Positions 18,896-27,970 of a stretch of DNA of 40,504 nt are shown here, in pieces (the stretch's first letter is position 1; each line of letters opens with the position of its first letter). Under the pieces are notes generated by a model. The model searched no databases and had not been told where the DNA came from. It saw only the letters and a program-made list of their open reading frames with translations. The position numbers were made by a program, and so were the translations under genes. Location of the stretch: positions 1 to 40,504 of the IMG/VR virus record IMGVR_UViG_3300032248_000113. One strand, 5' to 3'. Source of the stretch: a virus. Lineage: Duplodnaviria > Caudoviricetes.

Positions 18896-19215
18896 GAACA
18901 AATCTGCGCTAACTTTGCAGCAGTATTGATCGCTCCTAATGCGATATGTAATTGACCAGCAGCTCTAGCTTCTTGCTGTAAAGTTGCACATTGCGACAAT
19001 AAATCCGCAACCATTTGCGGGCGTTCAATGTCCCAATCTGCTTTTAATTTTTCACGTGCAAGTGCTAAGTAAGCATCACAACTGCGCGCACCAACCCCCC
19101 AATGCTCTGAGGCATATTGAATGCAATCCGAACGTCTGCCACCATTAGCAATTATCCGCGCAAAGTGATTGGCGCGGTCAATTGACTCTTGTTTGGTGCC
19201 TCGGGGTGCTGCCAT
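18892..19215 (-). CDS. terS: Putative terminase small subunit
   Basis: 107 aa, HTH-like N-terminus, overlaps the terL start. Confidence 0.65.
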   Translation of the reverse strand: MAAPRGTKQESIDRANHFARIIANGGRRSDCIQYASEHWGVGARSCDAYLALAREKLKADWDIERPQMVADLLSQCATLQQEARAAGQLHIALGAINTAAKLAQICS

Positions 19216-19229
19216 GAATAGATGCTAGC

Positions 19230-19255
19230 AAAAGCCCCCAGCCGAAGCTAGGGGC
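19230..19255 (-). terminator. Rho-independent terminator ending the replication operon
   Basis: GCCCCUAGC-UUCG-GCUGGGGGC followed by UUUU. Confidence 0.8.
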
Positions 19256-19263
19256 CGATGGTA

Positions 19264-19593
19264 TCAGAGTTTACTGATTGCCACAATACCTTCCTCGGCA
19301 TCGACTTCAACGGCAAACTTATCGCCAGGCGCTAGTCCAAGCTGGCTGGTGTAACCACCAGACAGGATGGCATTACCGTTTTTTTGAATGGTGCCTTCAT
19401 AGGAGAGGGCACGGCCAGATTTCGGTGCTTTGACGACTTTAAGACCATAGGCTTCAAGAAGTCCAGAACGCAGTGCGGCAATTTTAGGTTTGCCTTCTGC
19501 GGTGACGTACCCGGTTGCTGCTGCCAGTTCGGGTTCAGATACTTCGCCAAGTATTTTGACTTGTGCGAGCAGTTCAGAGCCTGTGAGTGCCAT
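19264..19593 (-). CDS. Cyanobacterial AbrB-like transcriptional regulator (cyAbrB)
   Basis: LTGSELLAQVK...ELAAATGYV...GRALSYEGTIQKNGNAILSGGYTSQLGLAPGDKF matches the cyAbrB pattern. Likely ATG at 19593. Confidence 0.8.
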   Translation of the reverse strand: MALTGSELLAQVKILGEVSEPELAAATGYVTAEGKPKIAALRSGLLEAYGLKVVKAPKSGRALSYEGTIQKNGNAILSGGYTSQLGLAPGDKFAVEVDAEEGIVAISKL

Positions 19594-19616
19594 GTATGTG
19601 GTTGTGACCGTTGGAA

Positions 19617-20678
19617 TCATACACGAACCTGCACGGGCATGACAAGGTAAAGATGACCGTCGATACCTACTGGCGAAATGATGACAGGTGTGGTAGGCGT
19701 GTTGGCTTGCATTTGAATTTTGGCACCATGTAAGTGTTTGAGACCATCGACTAGGTAACGGACATTGAAGGCGGCATCAGGAAATGATCCGGAACAGGTA
19801 AGTTTTTCAGCACCGCTGCTGGCTTCTGAATCAGCAACGATCGATAGTATTTTGTTTTTGACGGAAAGCCTTACCACATCGGAATTGATGATGGCAATGC
19901 GTTCTAGGGCTGCGATTAGGGCGATGCGATCGGCTGTGATGGTGTGTTTAAAGGATTCAGGTACGAGCTTTGCTACGGCGGGATAGGCGCCGGCCAGGGT
20001 GCGTGAGGTGATGGTGACACCATCGGCAATGATGATCGCTTGGCTGTTGGATGCAGCAAGCGTGACCGTATGAGCATCAAGGCGCTGGATAGCGGAGATG
20101 CTACGTGTCGGCAGGATGATGTCGATGGCACCATCGGCTGGCTGGGTGCGTGTGACCATGCGATGACCATCGGTTGCCTCGATGCGCATGGTGCCGGCTT
20201 CTATGGCCACGTGCAGGCCGCAGATGACACCTTTGGACTCATCGGTGGCCGCAGCAGCCAATGCCGCACGCATGGGCTCCATGAGGGCCACGGAGACCGC
20301 TCCAGCAGTATCGACGACCGGTAGGGCGGGGAAGTCGTCTGCGTCATGCCCTGAGAGCTGGTAGGAGCCTGTTGCGCTCGACAGGTTGACGGCAGTGCCA
20401 TCAACCGTGAGCAGCAGGGCAGCATCGCTATCCAAGCGTCCAACAATCTCAGATAAGACGCGGTATGGGACGGTGATGGAGCCTGCGGTTTCAACTGAGG
20501 CCAGGATTGTGGTTGAGATGCCTATCTCAAGGTCAAATGCTGATATGCGCAGGTGGCCGTCGGCCATGGCGTCGATCAGGACATTGGCAAGGATCGGATG
20601 GGTCTTGCCATTAGAGACGGCGCGACCGACGACTTTAAGCGCGTGGTTGAGGTCGGACTGAGCGGTAATGAATTTCAT
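19617..20678 (-). CDS. dnaN: DNA polymerase III beta sliding clamp
   Basis: MKF...HPILANVLI...AFDLEIGI...DDFPALP...ATDGHRM...AFNVRYLVD...YLVMPVQ. Confidence 0.93.
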   Translation of the reverse strand: MKFITAQSDLNHALKVVGRAVSNGKTHPILANVLIDAMADGHLRISAFDLEIGISTTILASVETAGSITVPYRVLSEIVGRLDSDAALLLTVDGTAVNLSSATGSYQLSGHDADDFPALPVVDTAGAVSVALMEPMRAALAAAATDESKGVICGLHVAIEAGTMRIEATDGHRMVTRTQPADGAIDIILPTRSISAIQRLDAHTVTLAASNSQAIIIADGVTITSRTLAGAYPAVAKLVPESFKHTITADRIALIAALERIAIINSDVVRLSVKNKILSIVADSEASSGAEKLTCSGSFPDAAFNVRYLVDGLKHLHGAKIQMQANTPTTPVIISPVGIDGHLYLVMPVQVRV

Positions 20679-20884
20679 GATGCGGCTTCGGTTAGGGCAA
20701 TGATGATGGCGCTGTAATCGGCGTCAAAGCTGGCGACCAGTTCGCTAGGGATGGGGATGCCTTCGTCCTGTGCGTTATCGCGAATGGCGTTAGCGGTTGC
20801 AAGCGCCAAGGTCATGGCGTCATGAAGACGGTTGATGACGGGCGACTGCCTGGCTGTGATGCGAATCAAGTCTGGTGATGACAT
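20675..20884 (-). CDS. Hypothetical protein
   Basis: 69 aa, helical, ATGA overlap with dnaN. Confidence 0.6.
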   Translation of the reverse strand: MSSPDLIRITARQSPVINRLHDAMTLALATANAIRDNAQDEGIPIPSELVASFDADYSAIIIALTEAAS

Positions 20885-21116
20885 ACGCGGTTAATAACTC
20901 AACATGCTGCCTCGGGACAACACCACCCATAAAGGCAGCGGCATCCGAGACAAGGGCATGGTATGCGGTTGGCGTCAACCCATAAAGTCCCTGTTCATAA
21001 TCCGCAACAATCGCCCGCTGCCGGATCAGCGCCGAGCGGTTGGTGCCCGCTGCCGACGCCTGCCGGTCGATCATGTCCAGATCTTGTCTCTCCAGTCTTA
21101 CTTTGACTTCAACCAA
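20820..21116 (-). CDS. Putative ribbon-helix-helix (CopG-like) protein
   Basis: VEVKVRLERQDLDMIDRQASAAGTNRSALIR fits the RHH pattern. Start uncertain: TTG at 21116 downstream of TAGACT, or ATG at 21164. Confidence 0.55.
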   Translation of the reverse strand: MVEVKVRLERQDLDMIDRQASAAGTNRSALIRQRAIVADYEQGLYGLTPTAYHALVSDAAAFMGGVVPRQHVELLTAYVITRLDSHHSQAVARHQPSS

Positions 21117-21180
21117 TTTGCCTGCGTGCCAGTGATGCCAGTCTATCTCAGCGAGTCTCAACATGCAAATACATCTACCC

Positions 21181-21412
21181 CGAAGGCAAATTGCAGCCCA
21201 GATCCATTGGTATGACTCAAACGAAGGCAAAACAGCCAAATCCCCTACTCCCCCTTATATACATTGTGTATCCCCTTGATACCGTTTCTCTTTTCTTACT
21301 TGACTTGACTTGAGAGAAAAAAGAGAAAATGAGTAATAGCAAGGGGTTTGGGATGTTTTTTGCCTTCGATTTGGATGTATTTGCCTTCGATTTGCCTTCG
21401 ATTTGCCTTCGG
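21181..21412. other. Putative replication origin with iterons
   Basis: Four TTTGCCTTCG copies at 21359-21411 and two inverted CGAAGGCAAA copies at 21181 and 21222 flank an AT-rich pyrimidine/purine tract, directly 3' of the primase-helicase gene. Confidence 0.7.
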
Positions 21413-23782
21413 TCAGGCCATGGACAGCCCAGCCAGCCGTTTTACGCGCAGGATCGGGTCCGCTTGTACGGTCAGCTCAGGCCATAGGGATTGAAGCCTG
21501 CCGACCAGCAATCGAGCTGCCTTAACCGGTGGATCATTAACTGGCGACAGCACCCAACGACCATCAACTAGGTAGCCTTCAGCCTCATACCACCCCTGGA
21601 GCCGCTCCCATACAGCCTTGAGCGGTACGCTATGACCATCGCCAGCCCACTGCAATTCGGCTGCATCACAGAACTCCCATAGGTGGCAATTGGAGCGGCG
21701 TACGGCATCCATGGCATCTTGGCCGGTGCTGTAATCAATGCCGTAACCAACAGCAAGCTGCATACCTTCAAGCAACCAATTCAAGAAAGCAGGGCATATA
21801 TAACGCCGGATAAAATCAGGATCATCTTTTAAGCGTGGGTCAGCTTGTAGATGGTTTGGTTTTGTAGGTTTTGGCAAGAAGGTCTTACGGAACTTAAATA
21901 CATGAAAACGGGTCTCGATTGCTACCTGCTCACCAGATATGGAAGGGTCTTTGTTGAGGTTAAAAACAAACAATGAAGATGGTACAAATTGCGACTCCTG
22001 CACACCTTTAAGCTCATAAGACAACTCTTCACCTGATATTGCAGCCTTGAGTGATTGCAGGTTGTCGATATGGACAAACTGTGAGTTTTCACTTGACCAG
22101 TTAACGGATGCACCACGTAAAGGCGCAATGGGAAACTTACGACCTTGATCGTATTGGCGGAAGTCAGCAAGTGAACAGGACGTAAAATTACGGGCGCCAA
22201 GTGTATCGCGTAATGCAGTACGGATGGTATCTTTACCGTTGCTGCCTTCACCGATCATTAATACAGCACGTGGTCTACCACGTGTGGCGCGGTAATGCGC
22301 AAGGTCAAGGCCACTACCAAGGATGCGCTGGATGGTATCAAGGTCGGTGTGGTCTACTGCTTCTAGCAGCCGCCACATGTGTTCTTGATTAGCTTCTGGA
22401 TCGTAATCATATTCTGTGATGTAGGTAAAAAACAGGTCTGGCGAATGGGGTTCAAATCTGGTATGGATATCTCTACCGCTCCACTCCCATGAGATGATGC
22501 CATTGCGGCAGTTAATCGCGTTGCGGGGGTTTACATCAACGGGTGATAGGTTGCGGCGTATCCAGGACAGTGCTTCATCGACGTACCTAGGCCGGCGCCA
22601 TGGATGGGACTGGTTGCCGTGCTGGTCTTCAACAAATAACTGCGACAGGAAGGCGGCTACTAATGGCGCAAGCTCCTGGTCGGTGCGTGCTTCGTAATGG
22701 GTGCCGCACCAATGATGGAGAATGCCTTCAACTTCAATCCAGCGATCGGATGGGTAGTTGAACAGGTGCCGCAGGGTCAGATCAAGCCATTCGGTATCGG
22801 TCTTGCTGACCAGTCGACAGTTGAGGGCCTCCACTTCTACGCCTACGGCACTACCACTGACAGCAGTAGCAGCAGGCCGCGTCGTTAGTTGCGGTGGCCG
22901 CCAGCCGTGATGCTTCGCCCAGTACCAAAACGTACCTTCGCTTATCTGGTTACCGCCTGAGCGTGCAATCTGCGGCGCCTCGGCAAACAGCGGGCTATGC
23001 CGCTGCATCATTCCGACAGCCTGCTCGGTGTCACCGACGACCTTGATCAGGCTCCATAACAGATTGCGGTAAAACGAATATTGCTTTTGGTTCGGGACGG
23101 CGGCTGGTATGGCATCAAGCGCATCACGGATGTCGTCAATGGTGCGCGGTGCGTATTCGGTGTGGCGTGCTGCCTGCTGCTGATGGTGATAATGCTCTTC
23201 GTCCGGCAAACAGGCTTCAAGGTCTGCAATTGAGTAACGGATGCCTGATGCAGTGACGACTGAGCACAAGGCGCCGAGATCACCAGCGCCATTGGCGTGG
23301 TAGGTGCCTGGTAGGCGCATTACACGGGAGGGATTCTTGATGGTGCGATCGGAATCGCAGAAATCAAGCAGGCGCGATTGCACCAAAGACCAATGGGCTG
23401 GTGTTACCAGATCGGTCAGCAGCCAATAGGTATGAATTGATTTGCCGCCGGTATCAACCTGTATTGATGGTTCAGGCAGGCCAAGTTCCTGCCATGCGGT
23501 GAGTTGCCATTCACGGGGGCGATCATCCCATTCAACAAAAAAGGCACGGCAGGCGGTAATGGTGGCATCAGTGTCGCCGCCGTCATTGATGACGACATAA
23601 ACGCCGCGGCCATCGGCCTGCCATTGCTCGATCGCTGATCGTGATGGGCCACCTTTGCGGCCTGCATCGCCTGCTTTCTTGGGGTTTTTGGCGTGGTAGA
23701 AGGCACGAAGCCTGATGGTGCCGGGCGGTTTACCAAGTAAGGAGAGAAACCGCTGCGCCTCGGTGAAGTCAACGCTTTGCAT
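21413..23782 (-). CDS. Primase-helicase (RepB-type primase plus D5/P4-like SF3 helicase)
   Basis: AFFVEWD...TGGKSIHTYW...SRVMRLPG primase motifs, INCRNG D5-N motif, Walker A GEGSNGKDT. Confidence 0.88.
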   Translation of the reverse strand: MQSVDFTEAQRFLSLLGKPPGTIRLRAFYHAKNPKKAGDAGRKGGPSRSAIEQWQADGRGVYVVINDGGDTDATITACRAFFVEWDDRPREWQLTAWQELGLPEPSIQVDTGGKSIHTYWLLTDLVTPAHWSLVQSRLLDFCDSDRTIKNPSRVMRLPGTYHANGAGDLGALCSVVTASGIRYSIADLEACLPDEEHYHHQQQAARHTEYAPRTIDDIRDALDAIPAAVPNQKQYSFYRNLLWSLIKVVGDTEQAVGMMQRHSPLFAEAPQIARSGGNQISEGTFWYWAKHHGWRPPQLTTRPAATAVSGSAVGVEVEALNCRLVSKTDTEWLDLTLRHLFNYPSDRWIEVEGILHHWCGTHYEARTDQELAPLVAAFLSQLFVEDQHGNQSHPWRRPRYVDEALSWIRRNLSPVDVNPRNAINCRNGIISWEWSGRDIHTRFEPHSPDLFFTYITEYDYDPEANQEHMWRLLEAVDHTDLDTIQRILGSGLDLAHYRATRGRPRAVLMIGEGSNGKDTIRTALRDTLGARNFTSCSLADFRQYDQGRKFPIAPLRGASVNWSSENSQFVHIDNLQSLKAAISGEELSYELKGVQESQFVPSSLFVFNLNKDPSISGEQVAIETRFHVFKFRKTFLPKPTKPNHLQADPRLKDDPDFIRRYICPAFLNWLLEGMQLAVGYGIDYSTGQDAMDAVRRSNCHLWEFCDAAELQWAGDGHSVPLKAVWERLQGWYEAEGYLVDGRWVLSPVNDPPVKAARLLVGRLQSLWPELTVQADPILRVKRLAGLSMA

Positions 23783-23915
23783 CAGATTTCGCCATGGCCA
23801 GCAGCAGGTGATAACGGATCACGGCGCCAATGCCGAACCCGTATCTCGTTTGAGACTCAAGCCACTGCCGAAGGTCTGGCGGGATAGTGATGCTGGTCGA
23901 TCGCGTCTTGGCCAT
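23769..23915 (-). CDS. Small putative RHH-type regulator (48 aa, MAKTRSTSITIPPDLRQWLESQTRYGFGIGAVIRYHLLLAMAKSDAKR)
   Basis: Not in the ORF track. Strand-helix-helix pattern; first gene of the leftward operon, overlapping the primase start. Confidence 0.6.
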   Translation of the reverse strand: MAKTRSTSITIPPDLRQWLESQTRYGFGIGAVIRYHLLLAMAKSDAKR

Positions 23916-23937
23916 GCCTGCTCTGGGGTGGTTGCCA

Positions 23938-23961
23938 AAGGTTAGCAGAGTCTGCTAGGTT
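23938..23961. promoter_or_regulatory. Back-to-back -10 elements around the palindrome TAGCAGA-G-TCTGCTA
   Basis: TAACCT on the minus strand (23939-23944) and TAGGTT on the plus strand (23956-23961), at the genome's only divergence point. Confidence 0.6.
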
Positions 23962-23997
23962 GGCCGAGTCGCTACCTGGCGGCAGCACTCCAAACCT

Positions 23998-26259
23998 ATG
24001 AACACATATCAAGATTTCATCAACGCCAAGACGCAAGCAGCCAAAGCAGTTGGATTTGATCCTGTTGCTTTTACGGCGCCGTTGTTTCTGTTTCAGCGGG
24101 ACATCGTTACCATGGCTTGCCGCGTCGGTAGGTTTTGCATCTGGGCCGATTGCGGCATGGGCAAAACCGCCATGCAGCTTGAATGGGCGCATCAGGTGCA
24201 TCAGCATACTGGCGGCAATGTGCTGGTATTGGCGCCACTTGCGGTCGCCCATCAAACCGTACGTGAAGGCGCTAAGTTCGGGATTGACTGCAACTTTGCT
24301 GCAACGCAATCCGGTGTAAAGCCCGGCATCACGATCACCAACTACGAAAAGCTAGCGCATTTTGATGCTGATAGCTTTGCTGGCGTGGTGTTGGATGAAA
24401 GCAGCATCCTCAAGGCCTATACCGGCAAGATCCGTAACCAGATCATCGAGTCATTTGAGCAGACGCCATTTCGCCTTGCGTGCTCAGCAACACCAGCACC
24501 AAATGACCACATGGAACTGGGCAACCATGCTGAGTTCATCGGTGTGATGACACGCACTGAAATGCTGGCGATGTTCTTTGTGCATGATGGCGGTGATACT
24601 GCTAAGTGGCGCATCAAGGGCCATGCAAAGGCTAAGTTTTGGGAATGGGTATGCAGTTGGGCTGTAACGATCCGCAAGCCATCAGACCTTGGCTATGACG
24701 ACGGAGACTTTATCCTGCCTACGCTTGACATCAAGGATTGCACTGTAAAAGCAGAGCGCGATGCTATAACTAATGATGCTGGCCAGATGGCGCTATTTGC
24801 CATGGAGGCTAGGACATTAAGCGAACAGCGTAAAGTGCGTAAGGCATCACTGAAAATGCGTGTTGATGCCGCTGCTGCATTAGCCAACGGCAATATCGAT
24901 CAATGGCTGATCTGGTGTGATCTCAATGATGAAAGTAAAGCCTTAGTGGCTGCCATCGACGGCGCTGTTGAGGTGTGCGGTGCTGATTCAGATGAACACA
25001 AGCGGCAGGCTGCCATTGATTTCCAGGATGGCAAGATCCGCGTATTGGTCAGCAAGCCAAGCATCTTTGGCTTTGGCCTTAATTTCCAATGCTGCCATAA
25101 TGTTGCATTTGTTGGTCTTAGCCATAGCTATGAAGCGTTTTATCAGGCCATTCGCCGTTGCTGGCGATTTGGCCAACAGCAACCCGTCAATGCTTACATC
25201 ATCTACGACGTAGGCGAGGGCCGTGTTGTTGAAAACATACGCCGCAAGGAAATAGATAGTATCGCTATGGCTGAGTCAATGGTCATCATCATGAAACAAC
25301 AAACCATGGAACAACTCAAGAAGATCCAGCGTCAGGTTGCACCGCACATTACTGAGCACAAGTCCGGCAATGACTGGGACATGTACATGGGTGATTGCGT
25401 CGAAAGCATTAAGCACATTGACTCAGACAGCATCCATTACAGCATCTTCAGCCCGCCATTTTCGTCGCTGTATACGTATTCAAACAGCGATCGTGATATG
25501 GGCAACAGCCGCAACGATCAAGAGTTTTTTGATCACTTTGTGTTTCTCGCTAAGGAACTGCATCGAGTGATGATGCCAGGCCGGTTGATTAGCTTTCATT
25601 GCATGAATCTACCTAGCAGTAAATCACGTGATGGATTTATCGGCGTGAAGGATTTCCGTGGTGATATGCTGCGGATATTCCAAGCGGCTGGTTTTGTATT
25701 CCATTCTGAGGTTTGTATTTGGAAGGATCCTGTTACCGCAATGCAACGCACCAAAGCTATTGGTTTACTGCATAAACAAGTCCGTAAGGATTCTGCGTTA
25801 AGCCGTCAAGGTATCCCAGATTATCTGGTGACGGTGCGCAAGCTGGGCGATAATCCAGAGCCATGCGCTGGACCATTCACTGAGTTTGCTGGTGAGGATG
25901 CACCAGCTAAGACGGGTGATGCGATCAAGGACAGCATCAATATCTGGCAGCGGTACGCTAGCCCGGTATGGATGGACATCAACCCATCGGATACGCTGCA
26001 ATATCGCAGCGCACGCGCTAATGAAGATGAACGCCATATCTGCCCGCTGCAACTTGAGGTAATCCGGCGCGGCTTGCAGCTATGGAGCAATCCAGGCGAT
26101 CTGGTGTTGAGCCCGTTTGCTGGTATTGGCAGCGAAGGTTACGTGAGCCTGCAAATGAGCCGCCGCTTTGTTGGTTTTGAGCTAAAGCCATCGTATTACA
26201 ACTGCGCCGTCAAGAACCTTACTGACGTATCAAATAATAAGCAGGGGGAGTTGGTGTGA
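23998..26259 (+). CDS. SNF2-like helicase fused to an N4/N6 DNA methyltransferase
   Basis: ADCGMGKT, VLDESS, SATP and QAIRRCWRFGQ, then GDCVE, SIFSPPF (motif IV), HICPLQ and LSPFAGIGSEG (motif I, beta-class order) in one frame. Confidence 0.88.
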   Translation: MNTYQDFINAKTQAAKAVGFDPVAFTAPLFLFQRDIVTMACRVGRFCIWADCGMGKTAMQLEWAHQVHQHTGGNVLVLAPLAVAHQTVREGAKFGIDCNFAATQSGVKPGITITNYEKLAHFDADSFAGVVLDESSILKAYTGKIRNQIIESFEQTPFRLACSATPAPNDHMELGNHAEFIGVMTRTEMLAMFFVHDGGDTAKWRIKGHAKAKFWEWVCSWAVTIRKPSDLGYDDGDFILPTLDIKDCTVKAERDAITNDAGQMALFAMEARTLSEQRKVRKASLKMRVDAAAALANGNIDQWLIWCDLNDESKALVAAIDGAVEVCGADSDEHKRQAAIDFQDGKIRVLVSKPSIFGFGLNFQCCHNVAFVGLSHSYEAFYQAIRRCWRFGQQQPVNAYIIYDVGEGRVVENIRRKEIDSIAMAESMVIIMKQQTMEQLKKIQRQVAPHITEHKSGNDWDMYMGDCVESIKHIDSDSIHYSIFSPPFSSLYTYSNSDRDMGNSRNDQEFFDHFVFLAKELHRVMMPGRLISFHCMNLPSSKSRDGFIGVKDFRGDMLRIFQAAGFVFHSEVCIWKDPVTAMQRTKAIGLLHKQVRKDSALSRQGIPDYLVTVRKLGDNPEPCAGPFTEFAGEDAPAKTGDAIKDSINIWQRYASPVWMDINPSDTLQYRSARANEDERHICPLQLEVIRRGLQLWSNPGDLVLSPFAGIGSEGYVSLQMSRRFVGFELKPSYYNCAVKNLTDVSNNKQGELV

Positions 26260-27614
26260 ACCTCCGCCCATACCAAACCCAGCTTCTAGACCAGATCCGC
26301 CAGTCAATGCGGCGTCACCGTAGGGTATGCGCCGTGATGCCGACGGGTGCTGGTAAGAGTGTTGTGATCGCTGCGATCATCCATGCAGCAGCCGCAAAAG
26401 GTCGCCGTGTGCTGCTGCTGGCGCATCGGCGGCGGCTGATCAACCAGCTAAGCCGTACGGTAAGCAGTTGGGGTATTGAGCATGACGTGATCGTGCCAGG
26501 CCGACACCAACGCGGCCATGGCATTGCTGTAGGCAGTGTGCAAACGGTCGTTCGGCGGCTGGATAAGTTGCAGCCGCCTGATCTAATCATCATCGACGAA
26601 GCGCACCATTTGACCCGCGATAATCAATGGGGTCAGGTTGTAGGGCATTGGCCTGATGCGTATCTGATCGGCAAGACCGCCAGCCCGCAACGGCTGGATG
26701 GTCGCGGCCTTGGCGAAGTATTTGATGATCTAGTGATCGGGCCTACACCGCAGTGGTTGACGGATGAAGGCTTCCTAGCGCGTGCGCGGATCTTTTGCCC
26801 GCCTACCACGATGGATGCAAGCAAACTGCGTAAGGTGCGCGGTGAATTTGACATGCGCGAGGCGGCAGCGGCATTAGAGCAGGCAAAGATCCATGGTGAT
26901 GCAGTTGAGCACTACCTAGAGATTGTGGCGCCAGGTACGGCGCTGGTGTCATGCGTAAGCGTGGAGTTTGCTGATGCGATGGCGGCGCGGTTCAATGCAG
27001 CAGGCATCTCAGCACGGGCGATCACTGGCGGCTGCGGTGAGGATGACCAGGAGCAGATCTTTGACGACCTAGCCAAAGGCATCATTAAGGTAGTGACCTA
27101 CTGCGAGATGCTGAGCGAAGGCGTTGATGTACCAAGCATCAATGCAGCGATCCTGCTGCGACCTACAGCATCGGTGACGATGTACCTACAACAGGTTGGC
27201 AGGTGCCTTAGGCCAAAAGCTGACGGTTCGGCGGCGATCATCCTAGATCACGTCGGCAACGTACAACGCCACGGCCTACCGACTGAGGAGCGCAACTGGA
27301 CGCTAGAAGGCCGCGACAAACGCAAACGTGATGCAGCGCCAAGCGTCCGCATGTGCCCGAGGTGCTTTGCTGCAAATGCAACCACCGCGCAGGTATGCGG
27401 CGAATGCGGGCATGAGTTCACCACGGAGGCAAGGGAGCTAGAAGAGTCCAGCGGTGAGTTGGTGGAGATCACCGCCGAGCTGCGCCGTAAACGCGCTGAG
27501 GTAGGCGGCGCCCGCAGCATGGAGGATCTGCTACGCCTAGAACGGCAACGCGGCTATAAGCCAGGCTGGGCAAAGCATATTATTGCTGCACGGCAGACCA
27601 AAAGGGTGGGATGA
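26256..27614 (+). CDS. SF2 DExH helicase with C-terminal zinc finger
   Basis: LRPYQ, MPTGAGKS, IIDEAHH, EGVDVP, QQVGRCLR, CPRC...CGECG. Confidence 0.9.
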   Translation: MNLRPYQTQLLDQIRQSMRRHRRVCAVMPTGAGKSVVIAAIIHAAAAKGRRVLLLAHRRRLINQLSRTVSSWGIEHDVIVPGRHQRGHGIAVGSVQTVVRRLDKLQPPDLIIIDEAHHLTRDNQWGQVVGHWPDAYLIGKTASPQRLDGRGLGEVFDDLVIGPTPQWLTDEGFLARARIFCPPTTMDASKLRKVRGEFDMREAAAALEQAKIHGDAVEHYLEIVAPGTALVSCVSVEFADAMAARFNAAGISARAITGGCGEDDQEQIFDDLAKGIIKVVTYCEMLSEGVDVPSINAAILLRPTASVTMYLQQVGRCLRPKADGSAAIILDHVGNVQRHGLPTEERNWTLEGRDKRKRDAAPSVRMCPRCFAANATTAQVCGECGHEFTTEARELEESSGELVEITAELRRKRAEVGGARSMEDLLRLERQRGYKPGWAKHIIAARQTKRVG

Positions 27615-27970
27615 CCAGCGAACAACACATCCAGCAACACATCCGTTTAGCCTGCTCGACCGGCCCGGTGCGGTTATTTCGCAACAACACCGGAGTGCTC
27701 CGAGACCAGCACGACCGCCCTATCAGCTTCGGCCTATGCAAAGGCAGCGCTGATCTGATCGGCTGGACCACGCGCATGATCACCGCCGATATGGTTGGTC
27801 AGCAGGTTGCGGTATTCACCAGTATCGAGGTGAAGACCGCTACAGGCCGCCTGACACCAGAGCAGCGGCAATGGTTGGCAGCAGTCGAGACCGCAGGCGG
27901 GATCGCTGGTGTGGCGCGGTCTGTGGCCGATGCCGAGGCATTGTTACGAGATGCGACTGGTAGGGGTTGA
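27611..27970 (+). CDS. VRR-NUC family nuclease
   Basis: SEQHIQ...FRNNTG...GSADLIG...IEVKT...GRLTPEQ. Confidence 0.85.
   Translation: MTSEQHIQQHIRLACSTGPVRLFRNNTGVLRDQHDRPISFGLCKGSADLIGWTTRMITADMVGQQVAVFTSIEVKTATGRLTPEQRQWLAAVETAGGIAGVARSVADAEALLRDATGRG

Noticed and set aside
21359-21411. Short tandem repeats as a CRISPR array
   Set aside because: The units are 10-11 bp, mostly abutting with no unique spacers, and there are no cas genes. They fit iterons.
23998-27970. Complete DISARM or restriction-modification system
   Set aside because: No DUF1998 (DrmB), PLD (DrmC) or specificity subunit is recognisable, and SF2 helicase plus VRR-NUC is a common phage pairing. Only the fusion is reported.
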